Source: Octopus bimaculoides (lineage: Eukaryota). Taken from it: a DNA stretch of 64,000 bases. Position numbers and translations under genes: made by a program. The notes beneath the pieces were generated by a model. The model saw only the letters and a list, made by a program, of their open reading frames with translations, made no database searches and was not told where the DNA came from. The stretch covers positions 18,188,798 to 18,252,797 of the forward strand of contig NC_068987.1 in the NCBI RefSeq assembly GCF_001194135.2. Reading direction: 5' to 3'. Positions 36,720 through 48,567 of this stretch are shown here, one piece after another. Positions within the stretch are counted from its first letter, which is position 1; each line of letters starts with the position of its first letter.

Positions 36720-38140
36720 CTGTGTAATGTTAAAGAAGATAAACAGTTGTTTTATTAAATTTCAGACCTTGTGTTTAAAAGAATGTGCTAAGAAGTATGT
36801 ATGATTCATTGGAGAAAAGACAAGTTGTCTGCCAATTGATAACAAGCATGGTTGTGTACAAAGCAGACTTCTTAACCACAAAGTTTTGGGTTCGGTCCCA
36901 TTACACAGCATGTTGGATAACCATTTTCTTACCATAGCCTCCGGTTGACCAAAGCCTTGTGAATGGAATTCAATAAATGGGAAGTTGTACAGAAGCCAGC
37001 TTGTCAAATATTCATTTGTTTAACACCTATTTTCCCATGTTAGTAAGGGTTGGATTGTATGTTGGTTCAGGTTCAGTCCCGCTGCAGGGCACCTTGGGCA
37101 AGTACCTTCAACTATGGCCCAAGGTTGTCCAAAACCTTGTGAATGGATCTGGTAAACAGAAACTGAAAGAAGCCTGTTGTATATGAGCGTGTGTGTGTGT
37201 GTGTGTGTGAGAGTGCTTGTGTCTTTGTTTTGACATCACATGATAGCTGTGAATGAGCCTCACAATCATAGATACAGATAACAGCATAGAAGTGATGTTA
37301 TCTGTTTCAAACCTTCAGTAGAAAACATGTCTGGCCTCGGGGAAATATTACCTTGCTTGGACACAAATGAGGGTTGGTGAAAGGAACAGCGTCTGGCCAC
37401 AGAAACCATGAAACCTCATGGTTGGGAAGCAAACTTCTTAACCACACAGTCACACTTGTATCAATCATCATCATCGTTTAACGTCCGCTTTCCATGCTAG
37501 CATGGGTTGGACGATTTGACTGAGGACTGGTGAAACCGGATGGCAACACCAGGCTCCAATCTAATTTAGCAGAGTTTCTACAGCTGGATGCCCTTCCTAA
37601 CGCCAATATATGTATATATTTATATAAATTCATGGGACTGCATGTCATCACAGGTACATTTGTTTTGGGGTACAATCAAATTCTGCCTAAGCAGTCGTGT
37701 TTGTTTCCACACATGATGTCATCAATGTATATATGTTTATAATACTGATATCCATATTGAATATATAGTGATATGACTGAAATATTCAATTACTACCAGT
37801 GGATGTATATCTGTGTAAATTTACAAATTTTAAACCCAGAGTAAGGTTTAGTAAATAAGAAACATGCTGTTATTTGGACCTGTTGTTTTGGAGTGAAAGA
37901 ATAATGTAATTTATCTGTGAATGTACACAACACAGGCTCAGGAACTCCCTAAAATTTTGTGGGGGTAATGAAAATGCTTCGAACCTCCTCCTGAAAAACT
38001 GAGTATGCACACACTAAGCAAACTTTGTTCCTGCACTTATGGTACACAGTATATGTTCAGGGGAAAAAATTAGTAAGAAAAGAGAGGATGAGTGTCACAA
38101 ATGTTGTCATGGCTGTTTGAGCTTATTGTTTAAAGGATAC
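36720..38140 (-). other. U12-type (minor spliceosome) GT-AG intron, TAF2 intron 3
   Basis: Donor GTATCCTTT; branch-like TTCTTTAAC at 36737-36729, 9 nt from the exon; no polypyrimidine tract. Confidence 0.88.
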
Positions 38141-38213
38141 TACTCTGTGAACTGTTGAGTTTAACACAATAGAGATCAGGCTTCAGGGGATGGAGGGTCA
38201 GTTCAACATAACC
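38141..38213 (-). CDS. TAF2: TAF2 exon 3 (GYVELTLHPLKPDLYCVKLNSSQS)
   Basis: ttttcAG acceptor; donor GTATCCTTT (U12-type); matches human GFVELTIFP..IKLNSKQ. Confidence 0.9.
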
Positions 38214-39276
38214 CTGAAAAGAAAAGGAAAAAAAAAACGTTTAAAAAGGTTGTATTGTAAGTTTACAACAGAATGAAAGGATATGAAAATAACATGACAT
38301 GATGTAGTTTAACTATAGTTGTAAGATAGGGTTCAATAGATAAGATAATGAGCTAGTGGTTAAATAAGATGTGAGGTCATATACCCTGAAGGCTCTGGTA
38401 ATAGTGGTATTTTAACCTTATTCTCCAGATTAGAATCTGTATAAAAATGCTTTGATTTATGTAAGATATGGGTAATGAATGTGAAGAAGCAGAGAAGGCA
38501 GGAGAGCAAGATGCCAGCAGATAAAAGCTTTCTCTAAGCTGCATTAGTTTTTAGAGCCAATCTGCTGCCCTTAACTTTTTAGCCTTCAGACTATTCTGTC
38601 AAATGTAATGCTTATTTAGTTATAATGTTTTGGATTTATCATGGATTATCTTGTAGCTTCAATATTTTGAATCATGTGACTGTTTGCTTTTAGAATGACG
38701 TTGTAGGATAGGTGTGAAAGGCCAGATCTGGTTGGTTTGAACTTAAAAGAGGTAGAACATCTGGGACAGACATGACCGGTTTAACACCAAAGGGTTAAGC
38801 TAGCCATACCTGGTCAAAATATTCTACCTGTTTTACAGTCAAACTGGCCATGTCAAACTTCTCATACCTTCTCTACAATGTCATTCTAAAAATAAACAAT
38901 CACATCATCAAAATCTCGAAGCTACAAGATAATGCACGATAAATCAGAAATGATGTAAATAAATAAATAAGCATTACATTTGACAAGTAATTTGAATGAC
39001 AAAGGATTGAATAAATAATTGCTTCTGAATTAAACAGCAATTTTGAGGGGAGGGAATTTAGTCAATATTGTTAACCAAGTACTTAAATGGTACTTTATTT
39101 TAGCAAACCCCAAAAGGATGAAAGGCAAAGTTGATCTTCATGGGATTTGAACTTAAAACATAAAGTGTCTGGTAAAATAACGCAAGGCATTTTGTTTGAT
39201 GCTCTACCGATTCTGCTAATCCACTGTCTTTAAACAAATAATTAAAATAAAAATGAAAAAACAAGGGAAAACTTAC

Positions 39277-39329
39277 AATGAGAGATTGAGTTTCAAAGTT
39301 AATCGCTGTGATGCATAAGGTTTGGTGAG
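39277..39329 (-). CDS. TAF2: TAF2 exon 2 (HQTLCITAINFETQSLI)
   Basis: ttctacAG acceptor, GTAAGT donor; matches human THQVVCINNINFQRKSVV. Confidence 0.9.
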
Positions 39330-39903
39330 CTGTAGAAGAAATAAATAAATAAATAAAAATTGAAATGGATTGTTCCAGACATAGCTAAACATTGAATTAA
39401 CATACAATTTCAAAGACATTGTGAAGCCTGAATCATCAACATCATCATTGATTTACAGTGGAAGTGAAGAACCTGTAGCCTTCTGAAAGAAATACGATGT
39501 TGAAAGAAAAATCAATATATTGGAATAAAATTTTATGGATTCAATCTTATGTAAAGCCTTTTTTTTTAAAAAAAAAACTAATTGTGAATTTTAGAAACAT
39601 CTATTAAATATTTCTTATCTACATTTGGAATTACTTTTTTTAAAACAATTACAATTGTGTTTGACCCTTAAGTGACAGGAAAAGGTTGCAAAGCGGGCAA
39701 AAAAAAAATATATCTTTTCTCCTTAAAAGTAATTTTTATACTTATTTTCACCTTAAATAAGTACAAAAACTAAGAAAATGATGCTTTAACTGTCTTAGAT
39801 TATAAAACTAAAGACAAAAGGGCAATAAAATCATTTGAGATTCCTGCAATGTTGTTGTCGAAAGAATGTACAAATGGAGAAAAACTAAAGCTAGTTGAAG
39901 CAT

Positions 39904-40276
39904 CATTCCGGGTTCAGTCCCACTGCGTGGCACCTTGGGCAAGTGTCTTCTATTATAGCCTTGGGCCGACCAAAGCCTTGTGAGTGGATTTGGTAAACGG
40001 AAACTGAAAGAAGCCCGTCATATATATGTATATATATATATATACATATATATGTGTGTGTGTGTGTGTGTGTGTCTGTGTTTGTCCCCCCAACATGGCT
40101 TGACAACCGATGCTGGTGTGTTTATGTCCCCGTAACTTAGCGGTTAGGCAAAAGATCCCGATAGAATAAGTAGTAGGCTTACAAAGAATAAGTCCTGGGG
40201 TCGATTTGCTCGACTAAAAGGCGGTGCTCTAGCATGGCCACAGTCAAATGACTGAAACAAGTAAAAGAGTAAAGAG
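39904..40276 (+). mobile_element. SINE family A copy, 5'-truncated, in TAF2 intron 1
   Basis: Close to the 50453 copy from CCGGGTTCAGTCCCACTG to the AGAGTAAAGAGT tail. Confidence 0.85.
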
Positions 40277-41574
40277 TAACTTCCAGAGGTAAGAAAGGCA
40301 AAATCGACCTCACTGGGATTCGAACTCGGAACTTTACAGAGAGTAACTTGGTCTACCGATTCTACCACCCACTAATACAAAACAGTAAGAAAGATCAACA
40401 TGATTTGCACATGAGTGGCCGCTCCATCAATGACATGAATAACATTAATTAGTTATTGATTAATAATTCAAACACATAGCAGCTTGAGTTTATGGATAAT
40501 GAAAGAGTATACAACAGAGCATATCTGTCTCTTAAGTAGTGCAGTGGAAGTTTATTAGCCGGCGCTGTGCTGTATAATCAAATTACACGACAAATGTAAA
40601 CAAGAATAATGTCGTCAAAGTTTGGATTCTTTCAACTAAGACACCAACTATCGTGTCAGTATTGCCGGTGTTATTCTGAAAGGATTGATTACCTCAATAT
40701 CAGATATTACTGATAAATCACAAGAGATGAAAAATACCCCCTGCCCAAACAGATTAGGTTGATGAACTATGAAAGGCACACACGGAAACAGCTGTTTCCG
40801 TTTAAAGTTTATCTTTAGAGTGATAGATTATCGGCATTCTTTCGTTTTAACCTGCAGTGTCTATATAATTTCAAGTTATATATTTAAATTTCCCTCTATC
40901 AACTTACGCATAACTACACAAGTGTGCCCCTCAACTTAGACCGTGTTTGTTAAATTGTTTATCATTTACTGTAACTTCAAACCTCGTCTCGTGATGCAAG
41001 TTTAATGTCAAATAGTAAACAAGATGATTGCAAATGTGATTTATAGTCATTGATACAGACTCATGATAAAGTGTATGATTTGACTAGAAGGAAAGCAGCA
41101 AAACAGTTAAGATTCAAAACTGAGAATACACATCAAGGGGAAAACAAAAACACTGCAGAAAGCACTCTAGTTGAATCTTAGGCATATTGATAAAATGCTT
41201 TAACTATAGATGTATATAGTCGTTTGTTCATCTTGTACTTTGTTTATGCTTTTGCTTTTATGTGTATTTAATCTAATAATTACAAATATCCAGTTTGGGT
41301 TATCATACTGGAAATTTTTGATCAGGTAACCCTTACATCGAACAACATTTGAGGTTTTTAATCACAATGCTTAATTATAACATAAAACATACTGAAAATG
41401 ATACTCGATAAAATGCAAGCATGGCTTGTTACGTCAATCAATTTACAAACATAAACTAAACATCATGTTTATTTAAGATGTATGTATTATCCGCGTATGT
41501 CTCTAGATTTAGTTTCATCATTACATTTTATACAACAGTGCTTGCTACTGATATATCTAGTTGAATATACATAC

Positions 41575-41629
41575 ATAGTTTAAATTGCCGTTGTGGCTCG
41601 CTCTTGGATTCTTTCTTCGATTTCTGCAT
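41575..41629 (-). CDS. TAF2: TAF2 coding exon 1 (MQKSKKESKSEPQRQFKL)
   Basis: ATG in ACCATG context; 55 nt; donor GTATGT; phase 1 fits exon 2; QRQFKL resembles human PRPYKL. Confidence 0.85.
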
Positions 41630-42610
41630 GGTAAAAACCTAAATACCCGCCGGTATGGAAGTGAAATAGTTATACATATAGGATGATAATGGTAAATAAT
41701 AACTCCAGATAGCTGTGGCACATGTGAATAACAAACAACCGCTCAAGACAAAAAAAAAAGTGTCGGTCGTTAATTGGCATAGCCTTAGTTTCGTAAAAGC
41801 TACGTTTCACACATACACACACACACGCACACATACATACATACACGTGTATGTACAGCTTAATCTACCGTTTAATTCAGTTTTGGTGTTTTCACTTTTA
41901 TTTTCTACTACATATTAGATGAAAAAAATATTTAAAAGGAAATTTATCGAAAGAATGCCGTATTTTTAATTTCAGAGAAAATATATATCGCAAAAATGTA
42001 AAACTTCATTAATTCTTCTTAAAATTGTGTCTTTTTATAAGGAGTAAATAGAATTTATTAAAATAACCATTTCAAATAAACAAATGTCATGAAATGAAAA
42101 TGGTTTTAATTCGTTTAATTTAAATCATTTTGAAATCAAATTTGTTCTGTTGCTTTAAAAATAATTCCACGTACAGCAAAATATCCAGTGCTTGGAAAAA
42201 CTTTCAGCAACAGATAAACACACGCACATGTAACAATTAACATAATACATATACATATACACAACTTTTAAAACTCTGCTGCTTGTGGTTTCCTTTGTCA
42301 TTCAAATAATTATTAATTTAAACGTTTTATAAAATTTAAATATGCATATATATTTTTTTTTAAGCTGATTAAAATTATAAAATGTGTAAGGCGAATATTT
42401 TGTAACTAGCTTTGCTAAGTGTACATTGCGATTTCGACGTTGACAGCTCAGCAAATGTAGCAGTGAGTGTGGCAGGCGGCTTCGCGATTTCCTTGCTGTT
42501 TAAATGTCTGTTTTTGCTGTTTTATTTAGTTTATGCCACTGCTTAGGAAAGCTGTTTTAGTTTGTAACCTTTTATTCTAGCTGTGATTAAGTTTAAATTC
42601 ACCTGCCACA
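41630..42610. promoter_or_regulatory. Shared divergent promoter and 5'UTR region of TAF2 and ARFGAP1
   Basis: 981 bp between opposite-strand ATGs; no SINE; CpG clusters at about 41645-41655 and 42428-42490; GGAAGTG (ETS-like) near 41657. Possible ARFGAP1 5'UTR intron 42463-42580 (GTGAGT...ttattctAG). TSSs cannot be placed from sequence. Confidence 0.7.
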
Positions 42611-42670
42611 ATGGCTAGTCCGCGAACCAGAAGAGTCTTGAAAGATCTCCGTATAAAGGATGGAAATACT
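42611..42670 (+). CDS. ARFGAP1: ARFGAP1 first coding exon (MASPRTRRVLKDLRIKDGNT)
   Basis: Matches the ArfGAP1 N-terminus MASPRTRKVLKEVR; CACAATGG start context; GTAAGA donor, phase 0. Confidence 0.92.
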
Positions 42671-43781
42671 GTAAGATGTTTTAAAATATTTCATCATTGT
42701 TTTTAAATCGTTTTGTTATATATTTTCAACTGTAGATTTCTTCTTGTTTGATGTGAAACAAATAAATTCTATTTGTTACTCTGATTTTTTTTTTTCTTTT
42801 CGCTATCCTAGTTCTGAAATGATTAACACTTTTTAACAAATTACATGTAAAGATCGTAGGCGTGCAGATAGAAGAAAGAAAGAAATTAAAGATCCCGTGG
42901 TTATAGACCTACAAGATGTGTCTGAACTCCCCCGAAGCTACATTTACTTACAATCAAAGCAACAGATTTCTAATCTAAACCACATGAACCTATTATTTTC
43001 CCCTCTTTTTCTGAATTTCATTTTTTACTACTTAAACACACCACCCACATAATCCGGCCATTCATTGATAGTTAATGGGTTAAACAAAGCTTTTTTTTTT
43101 TTTTCTATTCAGTATTGTTCTCGCTATATTATCGTTTTGAGGTTAATTATAATTAATTTAATCCTTTAAATATGCTACTGTGATCCATCTATATCTGTAT
43201 TTCCTTGTGAACATTGTATCAATGTCTCCCATACAGTCAATTTGTTCTGTTGTCTCCTGTAGGTAGGTAGGGTGTGTGACGGTGGGGAAAGCACTCGCCT
43301 GTTAACAAAATCGAAAGCAACACAAACTTACCTTTCAGTTGCACCAGATGTTAGGACACGTTTCTATCTATCTTAGCAAACTATGTTTATTTACCTATTA
43401 TTCCAAATTAAATCGAACAATCTCTAACATCTGGAAGGGTTTTATTTTGTCTTATATTAATATTCTTCAAAAAATTAAACTGAAGCTATTAAGTCTGTTT
43501 GCCTCTATTCTTCATATAACTAACTGTAGGTGATCTTGAAATATGTTAACTCGGCAATTTCGACAATTTATTCTCTTAGAAAATGTTATTTGTCAGAATT
43601 TTTCTAAGATATTCATCTGTTCTATGGATATTCTCTCCTTCCTTCCCACACCTTTCTTGTCATCGAAAAGACAGATTGCCAAACACGACCACTTCCTCTG
43701 TAGTGATTGACACGTGAAAGGAATCCGTCATATATCACACTGGTTTAGAGTCTTTCTAATTTGGTTAATCAAATAATTACC

Positions 43782-43826
<45 letters not shown>

Positions 43827-44366
43827 TATATATACATATATATTTACACACATTTAAATGTGTGTATCATTTCAACTTATTTGGTTTTACATTGGTATTC
43901 GGCGATTGAAGAAAATTTTTCGAGTTTTCTTGGATATTTTTGTTTAAACTGATTATTTGGATAAATATATTGTACTAGTTTCTGCATTATTTATTTGTTT
44001 ATTTTATAAATTAATCTACACGATCATACCTCTGAAAATTTATGTAACTAGTGTATTATTGAGCTAGGGGAGTTTCCAGCTACCCGTTGTAGATTTGCTT
44101 AAAAAAAGAAAATCAATATTATAATGATTTTGATTTCCTATAGTTTATAGTGAGTAGATACACGCGGGCGGTGGCACTCGCTCGCAGACATACAGATATA
44201 GATATGTGTGTGAGGAGAGAGAGAAATCCACGTATGTCTGATGTATTTCATTCAACACAATCCAAAGGCTGTCGGGAAATGACGCCTTAAAGAATTAGCT
44301 TGTTTTTCCGTAGTGTCAACCTTGAAAGACAAAACACCCACACACACCTAGATATAATACGAGTGT

Positions 44367-44402
<36 letters not shown>

Positions 44403-45431
44403 CTCACGTTGTTAATTTGTACGCTAAACTGTTTCTTGAATCTTAAATTCAGGAATTACGTTAGCAGATTTCTTCGTTGACATTTCGCAACAAGTTGTCT
44501 TGTCATATGGATCGGAATGAGCCAGATTAATTGGTTGATCCTACATACCTGGACATTCTGTTTCAGATTAAAAAGATAAAAGGTACATTCAGTGTGTGTG
44601 TGTGTGTGTCGATTGACAACCTCGGTTGTCAGATGGAGAGATCTGGATGTTTTCGCTCTCTGACGAGAAATAGCATGCGACCTTGTGTCCTGTGTGTGTG
44701 TAATTTATTTTGGTCGAGTCAATCTCTTGTTACTCTGGATGTCGCCCGTGTGTGTACAGGATCCGCAGACAAGTTGTGTCTTAGCTTGTCTGAAGATGCT
44801 GACCAAATACAATACATATTTTATTTCTACCATGATATTGAGTACTGACCCCCACCACAGTCAACATACACACAATCAATATATACATAGTTGTTTTCTT
44901 TTGTCATTTGTTCACCCCTTGATCTCATTGATCGTCGTACACTTCGCTTTGTTGTACTAATTTTTCACGTATGTTTTTGAATATTAGAAATTAAAAATCT
45001 GCCGGATTTTCTTTTTTAAAAACCAAAAACCGAATCTATTGTCTTATATTATTTGTTTTGTGACAATATGGCTTTTATATGAAATTTTCAAATAGTATTA
45101 AGACTTTGTATGTTGAGATCCCAAAAACTTTGTTCTGTGCCCGTTCACTGAATGGTAATTAGTGCTGAAGAAGCAAGAATACAGTAGTACTATCAATATT
45201 GTCGCGGTATTTAAACGCAAATTTAAACCATATTGTTCCAATCTATCTTCAAAATTTAGTTTTTCTTAGCATATATTTCAGTGTAGTTCATTACTTTTTC
45301 TGAATTAAAATTTTCTTCGTTATTTTTCCTTCATATTCTAAAAACTTTATTTAATTTTTTTTTTTTTTAAATATCTAGGCGTATTATGTAATTAATAAGC
45401 TCGGAACACAGTAACAAAAATCAGGGCTTGA

Positions 45432-45482
45432 CTCTCTCTCTCTCTCTTTGTCTTTCTTTCTCTCTCTCTCTATCTATCTATC

Positions 45483-45570
<88 letters not shown>
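45432..45570. repeat. Compound microsatellite (CT)n-(CTAT)n-(TA)n-(GA)n-Gn
   Basis: Seen directly. Confidence 0.95.
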
Positions 45571-45573
<3 letters not shown>

Positions 45574-48180
45574 TTAAAAAGTCACAGGAGTTTTGTCCTA
45601 AGTGGGTTTTGTCTGGATCCCATAAATTAATTGTGGCTTTTTTTCCGGTCACCATATATATAGAGAGAGAGACAGACAGACATCTAGACACGTTCAGGAT
45701 GTTTCATATTGATGGGATACATTTTGTAATTTACAAACTCAACGGGTAACTTGCCCATCTTTAAATGTGCTTGTTCCAGTCCTAGCTATTTTCCTATCAA
45801 AATATATCCTCTCATTATGAGACACCCTCTGTGTGTGTGTGTGTTGAATGTACATGGTCTGAAATTCCACCGAACAAAGGGTCCACACATTTTTTTTGTT
45901 TTTTTGTTTTTCTTACTCTTTCATTCAAGCAAACTATCCCCTCGACTACATCATCTTCAGTGTCCTTCCTTGAAAAAGAATCGGTAGCATAGGGTAGTTT
46001 GTGGTTGGCTCTCGCTAACCGGTCGTGTAACAACTTAGAGGTTCCTTGTCTTGTGTAATCTATGTGTTGATTCCAAGCTCTGTCGACGAGTCAGCCAACC
46101 ATATTTGCTCACCTCTCCAAAAGGCCGGTTCTGGTATTATATAATTTTTTTAAACTACAGTTGTTGGCTCTTATCCTCTCTCAGCTTTTAATTAGTGCTA
46201 TATTTGAATTTTCATAACATAACTATGTTCTACCCTACGATTTTTTTTTTAGCTTCCTTTTTCCTTTTCTTTTCTCCCGACTCAACAAATGTCTTACATC
46301 TTGAGACTAAAATTCCCTCATTGTCGTGGATTCTGATTTTATCCAAAATCGAAAAGTTCTACGAAATATCCTGATTTGTTATATATATATATATATATAT
46401 ATTTTTAGATTTGTCAACCTTTTTAAATGTCAGTTATTTTTAATCCTATCATAATTGTTTGTGCTTTTGTAAGTGTGTGTTTATTTTTTTCTAAGGCATT
46501 TCTTCCAGCCAGCATGGATATGGACTTTATGTCTCCAACACATTATTATTACATTGTTGAAGCGGCAAGCTCAACAAAATGCTTGGCGGCACTTCTTCTA
46601 ACTTTACATTCTGAGTTCAAATGCTAGTGGCATTTCATGTCCTCACCTTCTGAAATCAAATTCCGCCAGGTTTGACTTTGCCTTTCATCCTTTTGGGGGT
46701 CAATAAAATAAGTACCAGTCTAGCACTGGGGATCAATGTAATCAATTATCCCCCTCCCAGAAACTGCTGGCCTTGTGCCAAAATTTGAAATCAATACTAT
46801 AATAATATTATACAATACTAGGATCTTTTTGGTTTGAAAGAACTTATTAAGAACTAATTTTTGTTAAGAAGGCTAAGAGAAAAAGATGTTTTATATGACA
46901 CATTCTACCAGTATCCCAAGTTTGAAAGTGTTTCGTTAAGAAAACAAGTGTTGCTCGTCAAACCAAAAAGATCCCAATACTATACTAACCCATAAGTTCT
47001 CAAAGTGGGCGCTACCGCCCCCTAGTGGGCATTGAGACTGTCTAGGTAGGCGCTGGTGCCTAAGGGGGTGGAGCAGTTGAGAAAAAGATGGCAGTGGATT
47101 GGGGGACGCTATGACTTTATTAATATTATTATAGTATTGTATAATATACTAGCGTTGTGGGTAAGGTGGCAAAATGATTAGTGGCATTTCATGTCTTTAC
47201 ATTCTGAGTTCAAATTCTACCTGGGTTGATTTTGCCTTTCATCCTTTCAGGGTTGATAAAATAAGTACCAGTTAATCGACTTTCTCCTCTCCCCTGAACT
47301 TTGTGCCAAAATTTGAAACCAGTATTAGTGTTGTTGTTGTTGTTGTTGTTAAGTCTCATGTCAGCCCCAAATCAAAGACCATGTTGTCTTTAAGATTAAT
47401 TTCCTGGAAGCTGAGTAAGATTGGCAAGCATGGCCAGGTTGAATGGGTTTGCGCTGAATCTGCCCCTGCAAGCCTCTGATATTGAATGAAATAGGGGATT
47501 TGTGAGAGGTTCCCTGTTTAGTCCATATTAGCAATTCTCCTTTTGGGGCATATCTTACATTTTTACTCTTAACCCCCATGCTATAACATTCCCCCAGCTC
47601 TCCTTTTATGTAATTTTGTTCAATAATCAAAGACATTGCAGTCATCACCTTCTTATCTTTTTGTACATCCTTGGCTACATTGTCCGAAGTGTCCTTTATT
47701 TAAAATGGTAGTGAGTGCTTTGGAGAAAATTTGGCTGCTATTTCTAATAGATCAAGCGACCAGCTCTAGCAATGGTTCTCAACCAGGGTCTACATGACCA
47801 TGAGGAATCCATAGAAGATTTTGTTAGAATTTATGTGTCAGTGACACATAAAAGGTACCCATACCTGTGACATGTAAAAGGCACCCAGTACACTCTGTAA
47901 AGTGGTTGGTTGTAGGAAGGGTATCCAGCCATAGAAATCAAACCAAAACAGACTGGAGCCTGGTGCAGCTCTCTGGCTTACCATCTTCAATCAAGCCATC
48001 TAACCCATAGGTTCTCAGGGTCGATAAATGAAGTACCAGTTACGCACTAGAGTCAATGTAATCGACTTAATTCCTTTGTCTGTCCTTGTTTGTCCCTTCT
48101 ATGTTTAGCCCCTTGTGGGCAATAAAGAAATAAGAAACTATGTGGAAACCTATTCTTTTTGTTTTAGTTGGAACACTTAA

Positions 48181-48405
48181 CCCTCTAGCATTTAAACCAG
48201 CCATATCTGACCAGAATATTCTACCTATCTTATTATATTCAAACTGACCAAATCCGGCCCCTCACACCTACCCTACAATGTCATCCTAAAAATAAACAAT
48301 GACATCATCAAAATCTCAATGCTACAAGATAATGCATGATTGATTCAAAACACTAATAATGAATTGATATGCATCACATTCAACAGTTATCTGAATGCTA
48401 AAGGG
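48181..48405 (+). mobile_element. piggyBac-type MITE, family E
   Basis: TTAA on both sides (48177-48180, 48406-48409); TIRs CCCTCTAGCATT / AATGCTAAAGGG. Other copies at about 4640-4790, 38575-38794(-), 38799-39005(+), 50226-50415. Confidence 0.85.
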
Positions 48406-48567
48406 TTAATCTACTGTCCTGTTTAATACTGCCACCCAACAACTTGGGTCCTTTTAGTGACATTCATGCTAGGTCTCAGATCTGAGAATTATATCCTGTT
48501 TTTCCCTTCAACCAGTTTCAGAAGCCTTGGAAAGGATGATGGGGCAAGTGCTCTTATCCTTTCCTCT

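Larger units (their letters stand above)
206..41629 (-). other. TAF2: TAF2 gene span (TFIID subunit 2), 28 visible coding exons, 3' end outside the window
   Basis: Spliced minus-strand translation follows metazoan TAF2 colinearly ([94 protein letters not shown]). 3931 coding nt are visible, all introns are GT-AG, and phases agree except for one gap-hidden exon. Homology recognised from memory, not from a search. Confidence 0.97.
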
